Below, piece after piece: positions 47,511 through 55,759 of a stretch of DNA of 64,000 nucleotides. Made by a program: the position numbers and the translations under genes. Positions within the stretch are counted from its first letter, which is position 1, and every line of letters begins with the position of its first letter. The notes under the pieces are model-generated. The model saw only the letters and a program-made list of their open reading frames with translations, did not search any database and was not told the origin of the DNA. The stretch lies in the NCBI GenBank assembly GCA_963824175.1, contig CAWGOD010000001.1, positions 56,712 through 120,711 on the forward strand, given 5' to 3'. The stretch comes from an uncultured Chloroflexia bacterium. GTDB taxonomy: Bacteria; Chloroflexota; Anaerolineae; Anaerolineales; UBA11858.

Positions 47511-47543
47511 AGGGACTGAGTCCTTCAAAAGGACCCAGTCCCT
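47511..47543. repeat. Palindromic element AGGGACTGAGTCCTT-CAAAA-GGACCCAGTCCCT (copy 2 of 2); probable terminator
   Basis: It shares the GGGACTGAGTCC arm and the CCTTAT flank with 35061-35092. It lies between the convergent LysR and DsrE-like genes. Confidence 0.65.
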
Positions 47544-47578
47544 TATCTATTTAATATCTGCAGCTTGATCCCAAGAAT

Positions 47579-47938
47579 TTAGAAACTAAAGGTAATAGTG
47601 GCGTCTTCGATTTCCATCAAGAAGGGTGGGGCTTTGGTGATCTTGATCCTGTCATCGCGCAGATCTTTGGGATCGATACCTTTGTTTTCAAGTGCCAGTT
47701 CGCACAGGATCATTTCAGCGCCAAGATCCATGATCGTATCAAATAACTCAACAGGATTGGGTAGACCCTTGGGGGTGCCCAGTGTTTCCAGCTCGCCTTT
47801 CAACATCCAGCGGGCGCCGGCGGGACAAATAAACACCACAACTTCATTATCAAGTGCCAGGCCTGAAGACGACATGATCAGGGTGGGCATGATGTTGGCA
47901 GGTCCATCGCCATTGCAGGTAATTGCCATTTTAGCCAT
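47579..47938 (-). CDS. DsrE/DsrF-like (COG2210-type) small sulfur-relay protein
   Basis: 119-aa ORF. VVVFICPAGARWMLKG and MILCELALENKGI are paralogous to the ORF at 49343-49717. Confidence 0.65.
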   Translation of the reverse strand: MAKMAITCNGDGPANIMPTLIMSSSGLALDNEVVVFICPAGARWMLKGELETLGTPKGLPNPVELFDTIMDLGAEMILCELALENKGIDPKDLRDDRIKITKAPPFLMEIEDATITFSF

Positions 47939-48007
47939 TTAGTTAGCTCCTTTTGTTATAGTACAAAGAGTCCGGGAATTTTCATCCCGGACTCTATTCA
48001 TTAATTC

Positions 48008-49015
48008 TTAGTTATCTTTTTTCTGGGGCAGAACAAACATCACATAGGATGCCGCCCACGCGCCCAGGAAGATCGATACACCAGCTAAGATGGATCCCAG
48101 GGAAAGCTGGGGAATACCACTCAGCAGATGGCCGATATTGCAGCCACCAGAGGTTACTGCGCCAAATCCCATCAAAAGACCGCCTGCGAAGGTTTGAAGC
48201 AGGACAAGAGGTTTGGGCATACGGAATTTGAATTCCTTGGAGATCAGAGCGGCAACAAAGCCTCCGACAACAATACCGATGATTAGCATTCCGATCCAAT
48301 TAAAGGTTGCACCTGTGAATATAACCTGGACGATGTTGATCCAACCTGCGGTGATGCCAAGTGGATAGTTACGGCCAGCAGCGGCGGACAGCGGGAAGGC
48401 CAGAATGCCAACCAGGCCGACCAAGATACCTGTGTTCAGCCAGCCCCAACCCGGGTCAGCTTCACATTCTTCATTCTTGGATTTGGCAACAAAGTACCAA
48501 ACCACAACAGCGATCAAAGCAAGGATGATCGCCAGGGTGGTGTAGTCCATACCCAGGATTCCATGCAAGGTCAAAGCTTTGTCATCTGCTCCGGAGATTG
48601 TTGTGGCAGCTTGCAGGTTGGCTTTGAAGGGTTTCAGGAACCCAGAAGCGGTGATATAACCAGCTGTGGCCAGGCCGAGAACTGCAGTCATTGAACCAAC
48701 CATACCTTCACCAGTACGGTAAGTGATGCCGCTGGCACATCCGCCAGCCAGAACCATACCGATACCAAATATAAAGCTACCCAGCAGGTTTGCTCCCCAC
48801 CAGAAAGGTTTGGGGTTGATGGCAATGGCGCCAACTGCATCCATAAGCGCAAATCCGACCAATTCAACCAACAGTGCGGCGAATACAGTTTTCAGGAGGA
48901 CGTTGTCCTGCAGCAGGATAGCGTCTCTGAAGGCTGAGTTCATGCAGAAACGTCCCCTCTGCAGAACAAAACCAAACAAAACACCTACAAATAATCCAGT
49001 TAATACAGCTTCCAT
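48008..49015 (-). CDS. yeeE: YeeE/YedE-family thiosulfate-type transporter (full length)
   Basis: 335-aa multi-TM ORF with three Cys contexts: RGRFCMNSAF, AGGCASGITYRTGEG and SGGCNIGHLLSG. Confidence 0.8.
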   Translation of the reverse strand: MEAVLTGLFVGVLFGFVLQRGRFCMNSAFRDAILLQDNVLLKTVFAALLVELVGFALMDAVGAIAINPKPFWWGANLLGSFIFGIGMVLAGGCASGITYRTGEGMVGSMTAVLGLATAGYITASGFLKPFKANLQAATTISGADDKALTLHGILGMDYTTLAIILALIAVVVWYFVAKSKNEECEADPGWGWLNTGILVGLVGILAFPLSAAAGRNYPLGITAGWINIVQVIFTGATFNWIGMLIIGIVVGGFVAALISKEFKFRMPKPLVLLQTFAGGLLMGFGAVTSGGCNIGHLLSGIPQLSLGSILAGVSIFLGAWAASYVMFVLPQKKDN

Positions 49016-49045
49016 CTCTCTCTCCTTGACTAATTTTTATTGATA

Positions 49046-49294
49046 CTATTTCAATCCATGTGCTTCGATCAGCATACGGTGGTTGGGTCCATCCAATTGT
49101 TCAACTTCGATCAGTTTATGGCCTTGTTTTTTGAGGTTGCGCGGAATCCTTTCCACTGAAAGTGGATAATCCAGCAGCACTTCCAGGACTTCACCCTTTT
49201 CCATTTTTTTCAGTGTGGTCATGGTGTTCATGTCAGGGTAAGGGCAGATCTTTCCACAGACATCCAGGGTTTTAGTGGGGGATACTTCGCTCAT
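49046..49294 (-). CDS. TusA/YeeD-family sulfur carrier protein
   Basis: 82-aa ORF with LDVCGKICPYP (the CPxP motif of TusA/SirA-like proteins). It lies immediately upstream of yeeE. Confidence 0.8.
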   Translation of the reverse strand: MSEVSPTKTLDVCGKICPYPDMNTMTTLKKMEKGEVLEVLLDYPLSVERIPRNLKKQGHKLIEVEQLDGPNHRMLIEAHGLK

Positions 49295-49342
49295 TCGACT
49301 AACTCTCCTTTTTTAATGGATGATGAATTTGAATCCCAATCA

Positions 49343-49717
49343 TTAATAACTAAAGGACATTTTGGCGCCTTCCGCTTCAAAGAGGAATGTTGAGGCCATC
49401 ATGACTTCCACACCTTCAACCAGATCTTCCTCTTTCATGTCCCAGATCGGCAAACCGAGTTCACAGAGGATCACCCGACCGTCCAGGACCTGGATGGCAT
49501 CAAAAAGATCTACAGGATCTGGTTGGCCCTTGAGGTTTTGGTACTTTTCCAGGGCGCCTTTCTTGAGGATCTTTGCGCCGCCTGGCTGGATGAATAACAG
49601 TACTTCATCACCTGTGGCAGCTACAGCTGCGCTCATAACCAGAGCAGCCATGACACTTTGTTCGTTATCGTTGTTCAGTACAACTACAATCTTCTCGGTC
49701 TGGAATTCTTCAGTCAT
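49343..49717 (-). CDS. DsrE/DsrF-like (COG2210-type) small sulfur-relay protein
   Basis: 124-aa ORF with VLLFIQPGGAKILKKG and VILCELGLPIWDM. Confidence 0.65.
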   Translation of the reverse strand: MTEEFQTEKIVVVLNNDNEQSVMAALVMSAAVAATGDEVLLFIQPGGAKILKKGALEKYQNLKGQPDPVDLFDAIQVLDGRVILCELGLPIWDMKEEDLVEGVEVMMASTFLFEAEGAKMSFSY

Positions 49718-49775
49718 CTATATATCCTTTTTTGTAATACTATTTCGTAAATGCAGTTCGTGTTATCTCTAATTC

Positions 49776-50951
49776 CTATTGACTTGCAGGAACTAATTCC
49801 TCTTTAGGCCGTTCACTGATCTCAACCGCTTTCAGCCTGACTTGCTGGAAATAGATCGCCAGAGGTCGGTAATATAGGTGGGCCCATTTTCCAAAGGGTA
49901 CTTCCAGAACCAACATTGGGAAGGCTGCGGCCAGGTGGATCACATAGGTATAGTAGGTTGCCAGAGGCAAACCCAGATACCGGAAGGTATGCTGGAAAAT
50001 ACCTGTCAGGGTCACCGTGATCAAAAGAACGGGGAAGATCCAGTCACTGGGGTGGGAGAATTTATGAAGCGGCCTTGACTGTTTAATCCGTCCTATGATC
50101 ACAGATCCCGCACCGTATAGCAAAACAGCGGTAGCATAGTATCCCAACCAGCGTTGAGGATTGGTGATGGGATAAATTTCATCGGTTTGTAACCAGGGAA
50201 GGAAGAACATTACCAGGACCAGCATCAGACCATAACCACTGGCCATCAGCATATGGTTGATCCAGGGCAATCGTTTGTAGTTCTTTTCCTTTTCATCATC
50301 CTCATCCTCGGCACATTCACTCCATCTCATCTGAGTCAGGAGGTGGAGAACTCCATGCCAGGCTTCAGTGATGTAAACTGAGATCGGAACTTTGACAGCT
50401 GTTCCTTTGCTGATGACCATGTGGTGCATGCGCAGGACATTGGTTCCGATAAAGAAAACCAGGCCGGCAGCCATTATCCAGTCCGCAGTGTGCATCAATT
50501 CCACAGGAGCGAAGGTATTCAGCTCAACGGAGCTGGTTACGATCGGTCCATGAAGAATGACAGCCAGAATAACGATAAAGATAGCTGTAATGATCATGGC
50601 ACCGAACTCCCATAGTTTGGAGGTATAAAACTTGCCAGCCAAGCCGGTCCAGTCATATTGCGCGGTTAACCAGCGCCTGACAGCCATCATGGTCTCACCA
50701 GGTTCGGCTTGCTTTGGGCATGTTAGGGAGCAATCTCCGCAGTAGTAGCACAACCATGGGTCAATGCTTTCCTTGAGGTTATCTTTCAATCCCAGCTGAA
50801 CCATGCGGATCATATCCCTTGGGAAGGGATGATCTGTACTTGTCAGGGGGCAGATCGCGGTGCAGTTGCCGCAGTTGAAACATTTTTCGATATCTACGGC
50901 CCCAAATTCCTTGAGGTCATGCATTAAAGTAGGGTCCACTCGTGTGGCCAT
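49776..50951 (-). CDS. QmoC-like membrane protein: N-terminal HdrC-like two-[4Fe-4S] domain fused to an HdrE/NarI-like multi-TM cytochrome b domain
   Basis: CFNCGNCTAICP and CYYCGDCSLTCP are followed by about six hydrophobic segments carrying His residues. The likely start is MATRVDP at 50951, after a GGAGGAG RBS. Confidence 0.7.
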   Translation of the reverse strand: MATRVDPTLMHDLKEFGAVDIEKCFNCGNCTAICPLTSTDHPFPRDMIRMVQLGLKDNLKESIDPWLCYYCGDCSLTCPKQAEPGETMMAVRRWLTAQYDWTGLAGKFYTSKLWEFGAMIITAIFIVILAVILHGPIVTSSVELNTFAPVELMHTADWIMAAGLVFFIGTNVLRMHHMVISKGTAVKVPISVYITEAWHGVLHLLTQMRWSECAEDEDDEKEKNYKRLPWINHMLMASGYGLMLVLVMFFLPWLQTDEIYPITNPQRWLGYYATAVLLYGAGSVIIGRIKQSRPLHKFSHPSDWIFPVLLITVTLTGIFQHTFRYLGLPLATYYTYVIHLAAAFPMLVLEVPFGKWAHLYYRPLAIYFQQVRLKAVEISERPKEELVPASQ

Positions 50952-50955
50952 ATTG

Positions 50956-51249
50956 TTACTCCTCCATCCGCCTGTAAAGGACATATTCGCCATCCATACC
51001 GTCTTCCCGCACCAGGTCGTATTTCTTTAAAGCTGTCAGGAACCATAAAACACGATGGGTTGGCAGTTCGATCTGGGAGGCAATTGTGGGCACAGTCATC
51101 GATTCATCCTTGATCAGTTTCAAGATCCCTCGCTCGACTTTGCCCTGCTCCTTTAATAGTGCCTGGGTCCGATCTACAGTTTCTTGGTGTTTAGTGCGCA
51201 ACTCCTTGAGGTTCTGAGTTCGCTTTTTTGCTGCTTCTTTATCGCTCAT
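50956..51249 (-). CDS. Small (97 aa) coiled-coil plus winged-helix-like protein, translationally coupled inside the operon
   Basis: Its ATG overlaps the upstream stop (ATGA at 51246-51249), and its stop is 4 nt before the QmoC-like start. The segment MTVPTIASQIELPTHRVLWFLTALKKYDLV looks like an HTH/wHTH. Confidence 0.6.
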   Translation of the reverse strand: MSDKEAAKKRTQNLKELRTKHQETVDRTQALLKEQGKVERGILKLIKDESMTVPTIASQIELPTHRVLWFLTALKKYDLVREDGMDGEYVLYRRMEE

Positions 51250-53284
51250 TGTGCAACCTCCATCATTTCATCGATATCAAGAGCAATTGCATCAAGCATG
51301 GCATCGTACTGTGGGATGGTCCAACCCTGGACCTCTACGGCCTGGTTGGGGCAGGCGCTAACGCAGCAGCCGCAGCCAGTGCAGTTTGCAGGAGAGACAA
51401 CTGCTCGTTTCACCATCTTTCCATTCAGTTCAACATCTTTGACCGCGATGGCATCTTCATAATTACAGACAGTGACACATTCACCTGTGCCTGTGCATTT
51501 TTCGAGGGTCGACCTCGGCCACAAAAGGTTCCAGTTCTACCTTGCCCAGACTGAGCAGGGTAGATACTTTTGCTGCAGCTGCAGAGGCCGCCGCGCAGCT
51601 TTCCTGACACGTCATCGGTCCCTGGGCGGTACCTGCCAGGATCACCCCTGGTACAGCGGTTTCAACAGGTCGGAGTTTGGGGTGGACCTCTGCCAGGAAG
51701 CGGTCATTCCCGCGGGAGATTTTGAGCATTTTCACCAGGTCATCAATATCCCGGGGTTTAATGCCAACTGCCAGTACGACCAGGTCTACTGCAATTTCCA
51801 GTTCTTCTCCCCGGGTGAGATGATCACGCATCTCAACCAGGACGGGGTGAGTATCGCCCGCTTCAGCTTTCTTAACGGTCGGTCGGTCATCACCATGGAA
51901 CCGCAGGAAACGGACCATCTGCTCAAGGGCGTCAATATAATATTGCTCGTGGCCGCGTCCATAGGTTCGGATATCTTCGTACAGGTCGTAGATATTCAGT
52001 CCCGGGAAACGTTCTTTGAGTGTATTAGCCATGTGGAGATTTGCTGTGCAGCAAACCCGGGAACAGTAATCGTTCACATTCCCGTCTTCCTGGGGTTCAT
52101 GGACACCATCTATCTCACGGCTTCCAACACAATGCACCATGGCGATATCACGGACAGGGTGGCCATTCCAAGATAATTTTTCGCCATCTTTCATCAGACT
52201 TAGATAGCGGATCAGGGCCGGCAGGGTGACAACTTCTGGGATTTCACCAAAACCAAATTCTCCCTGACGTGGTTGGTAAGGATCGAATCCTGTTGCAACA
52301 ACAATCGCGCCAGCATGGAGGGGGATGGAGACGGGTTCATTCTTTAGAACAATATCTTTGCCATCCACCTGGATCGGAGAGCCATCATAGTTTTCCCAAT
52401 CAACTGCGGGAGTGTGCGGATAGCAGCCGGGATAGGCTTTGTAAACCACTTTTCGGTCAGTTAAACCATAGTTGAATTCGTCTGGGACTGTTTGCTTGCA
52501 GGCCGCCATGACTTTTTCACCATTGGTATCATCCACACCGCGCGATTCCTGCTGGATCTGTACCTGGTAGTCGCCTACGTATCCAGTTACATTCTTGATC
52601 TGGGCCTGCGTATAGATCACGATATTGGGATGGGTGGTTACTTTATTGATCAGGTCATGAAGGGTATCTTTAGCATCTTCATTGGTTGGGAAAAGGGTAT
52701 CTAACTGGGCAATCCTGCCACCCAGGAAGGGAGATTTTTCTACCAACGTAACTCGGAGTCCCCGGCGGGCGATATCATAGGCAGATTTCAGTCCAGCAAT
52801 ACCTCCACCGATGACCAAGGCATGCTTTTCAGCGGTTAACTGGATCGGGGCCAGGGGATCAAGCAACCTGGCTTTAGCTAAACCGGCTGACATCAAGCGA
52901 ATTGCTTTGGAGGTTGCGCCTTCACAGTCACTTCTATGCACCCAGCTGTCCTGTTCTCGAATACCAACATGGTGGTACAGATAAGGGTTCAATCCTGCTC
53001 TGGTAACAGCTGCCCGGAAGGTCTGTTCATGAAGAGATGGGGCACAAGCGCCAATCACAACTCGATTAACGCCTTTTTCCTTGATATCCTCTTCGATCAT
53101 TGACTGTCCCAGCGTCGGAGCACATGGCCATATTGGTTCGTGAGACAACTACATTGGGGAGATCAGCTAATTTCTCTCTGACAAATTCACAATTAACAAC
53201 ATCACTGATATTTCCCCCGCAATAGCAGGTGTATACGCCAATCTTGATCTCTTCATTTTCTTTGTTAGGCATAGACATCCTCAC
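51246..53284 (-). CDS. HdrA-family flavoprotein (QmoB-like position): N-terminal Cys domain, FAD domain, C-terminal two-[4Fe-4S] ferredoxin domain; two frame breaks (about 53130 and 51500)
   Basis: IGVYTCYCGGNISDVV..MCSD..GACAPSLHE; VIGGGIAGLKSAYD; VHCVGSRE...YCSRVCC; C-terminal CTGTGECVTVC and CTGCGCCVSACP. Confidence 0.75.
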
Positions 53285-54590
53285 TTTCTTTATTCACACT
53301 CGGGGATTCTTTTAGGGATTCAATATAAGCAGCCGCTTCCGCTGCTGCAGAACCGGACATGACGATGCTGTCTACAATATCCATCGGTCCAGCTGATGTG
53401 CCGGCCGACGAATATTCCATCCCTTTCAGTCAGGCAGGGATATGAGTTGGTTTGGGGAATATTGATGAATCCATCGTCCCCCAGGGAAACATTGAACATC
53501 GCTTCCGGATCGTATTGAGGAAGCAAACCCACTGAAAGGACAGCAAGATCGTGAGTATTCTCAACTACTTGGGATCCTTCATCTATCAATTCCACACGCA
53601 GAACAGGGTTCTGGTTTTCATCCTGTTTGATGGAAGCAACTTTGCCTTTGATGAATTGAATGCCCATGGCTTTGGCGGTTTGGATAGAATTGTTCGTATC
53701 CTTTGCCAAAGGTTCGGATATCCATGTAATAGATAGTGATATCCGCCATGGGGAGAGATCCAGCCAGCAGCATAGCCTGTTTGATGGCATACATGCAGCA
53801 AACCCGGGAGCAGTACTCCACACCCAAGGTGGCGTCTCTAGATCCGGCGCACTGGATATAGGCGATCGAATCTGGTTCTTTTCCGTCGCCGGGGCGGATC
53901 ACACGGCCGTAAGGACCGGTGGGAGCCAGAAGGCGTTCCATGAACATGGCATTGATGACATTACGATTTTCTGCTGCGCCATACTCTTTTTTGGCCAGGC
54001 GTGAAGTAGTTTCAAATCCTGTGGCCAGGACGATAGCGTTAGCTGCAATTTCGATCGTCTCGGGCTGCTGAGTGAAATCAATACAATTCACAGGACAGGC
54101 TTTTTCACATTTGCCACATAGGATGCAGTTCTCAATATCCAGGACTGCATATTGAGGGATGGCAGTGGAAAATGGCACCCGGACGGCTTTGGTTGCGCCG
54201 TAATCTAGGTCAAAGGGATTCGGTAAATTGATCGGGCAGGCATATTCACACTGCCTGCAGCCTGTACAATCCTCTTCGTTGATATAGCGGGGTTTTTTCA
54301 ATACTTCAGCTGTGTAAACCTTCCCCGGTTTTCGTGAGGTTCTGAACCTCATGATAAGTAAGTAATTGGATATTGGCATGATGGGCTACGGCAGACATCT
54401 TAGGTGTTGTGATGCAGCTGCAGCAATCCAGAGTTGGGAAAACTTTACTGAGGGCAATCATCTTGCCGCCAATACTGGCTTCCTTTTCCACCAATGCGAC
54501 CTGGTATCCCTGATCTGCAAGATCAAGGGCAGTTTGCATACCGGCAATGCCGCCGCCAACAACAAGAGCATCCACTTGAATTTTTCTCAA
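53265..54590 (-). CDS. HdrA-family flavoprotein (QmoA-like position) with an inserted two-[4Fe-4S] ferredoxin domain; three frame breaks
   Basis: VVGGGIAGMQTALDLA; FPTLDCCSCI; CTGCRQCEYACP; CILCGKCEKACP; IQCAGSRD..YCSRVCCMYA. The tail AGTSAGPMDIVDSIVMSGSAAAEAAAYI lies in a fourth frame. Confidence 0.75.
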
Positions 54591-54656
54591 GGTTGTATCT
54601 CCTCTTTTGTGTGCGACTGTGTCAGAAAAAATCTTATAATCATGGATAAGGGACCT

Positions 54657-55110
54657 TCAGGCAGCAACCTTTTCACCACTAGAAAAAGCTGCCATTTCGT
54701 CTTTAACGAACCCGATTTCATATAGAAGTAGGTTCATCGCATTGACTTCCTTCAGGAAGGGTTTGGTGCAGACTGTACAAATTGCGGCCAATTTTAAGCG
54801 GCGGGTGTCTATTCCGAGTTCTTTCATCTTCGGGTAGGTTTTGTTGACCAACTGAGCTGCTCGTTCAGCGCCACCTTTATAGGGACTGTCTGTGCCGCTG
54901 TACATAACGATCACGCCGTCAATACCTCGTTTGAAGATCCTGAGGTAAAACTCCTCGTTAAACATGCTGGGGCATAGCACTGGCAGGATATAGGTGTTGT
55001 TGGGATAGTCTGTATGTAACTGTCCCACCGCATCTGCTCCCGCATATCCTCCCGAGGTGGTTGCAAGGATGAGAATTTTTGGTGTGTTGCAATCTGACCT
55101 GATTTTCCAT
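54657..55110 (-). CDS. MvhD-like (methyl-viologen-reducing hydrogenase delta subunit family) protein with most canonical Cys positions substituted; frame break near 55075
   Basis: KILILATTSGGYAGADAVGQLHTDYPNNTYILPVLCPSMFNEEFYLRIFKRGIDGVIVMYSGTDSPYKGG aligns by eye to the MvhD pattern (CCNWC.YAGAD...YP.NV.I..V.CSG.....F..GADGV.V.GC..GDCHY). Confidence 0.55.
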
Positions 55111-55185
55111 AATAATTTCCTCTATGCAGGCATAGAAGTATCCCGCAAAATGACAATAACTGCGGGATACTTGGAATGGTACGTT

Positions 55186-55438
55186 TTATTTCTTGCGGCG
55201 AATAAAAGTCTTTCGTATCCGTCGGCTTGTATTCGCCCAGATACTCGTGTCCAACCTTGGCACACCAGCGGGGCATATCATTTTTGGTATTGGGATCACC
55301 GGCCCAAAGTTCGAGTATTTCGTCAATTTTTACTTTTCCGATGCTTTTTTTGGCTTCCAGCAATGGTCCGGGGCAGGCCATTGCCCGGGCATCAACTACT
55401 TCTGCAGCGACAATTTTTTCTAGTTCTTCTGGGGACAT
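55186..55438 (-). CDS. TusA-family sulfurtransferase; probable 1-nt frame break near 55205
   Basis: DARAMACPGPLLEAKKSIGKVKIDEILELWAGDPNTKNDMPRWCAKVGHEYL. With a single-base correction the C-terminus reads ...DFYIRRKK*. Confidence 0.75.
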
Positions 55439-55473
55439 TTCTTTCTCCTTATCGATTGATAATAAATATTTAA

Positions 55474-55759
55474 TTAACTGTTCTTTGAGATGATTGGACA
55501 GATCTGATTGAATTTTGTATCTGCAAGCCTGTAGTAAATTTCCCTTCCATCTCTACGAGAATGCAAAACACCTTTGTTTTTCATCAGCCGTAAATGCTGT
55601 GATGTGTTCTGCATTGATGCATCAATCTCCTCAGAGATCTCGCTTACAGTTAATTCCCGGTTTCCTAAGAGCCCAAACGATCATGATCCTGTGGGCGTTT
55701 CCCAATATGGCGCAAAATTCTGCCTGTTCCTGAGCTTCAGTGATCTCAATTGGGTTCAT
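55474..55759 (-). CDS. ArsR/SmtB-family regulator with two Cys placed as in persulfide-sensing members (SqrR/BigR/sHdrR type); frame break near 55672
   Basis: MNPIEITEAQEQAEFCAILGNAHRIMIVWAL / GNRELTVSEISEEIDASMQNTSQHLRLMKNKGVLHSRRDGREIYYRLADTKFNQICPIISKNS. Confidence 0.7.

Noticed and set aside
51246-55110. Selenocysteine (in-frame TGA) in the HdrA-like and MvhD-like genes, as occurs in some Hdr/Mvh proteins.
   Set aside because: Adjacent ORF fragments are in different reading frames rather than the same frame interrupted by TGA. I saw no obvious SECIS-like hairpin directly downstream of any break.
47579-55759. A canonical dissimilatory sulfate-reduction locus (sat-aprBA-qmoABC) or an sHdr locus.
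   Set aside because: No Sat, AprA/AprB, DsrAB/DsrC, HdrB/HdrC (CCG-domain) or lipoate-binding protein genes are recognisable in any frame of the operon or of the window.
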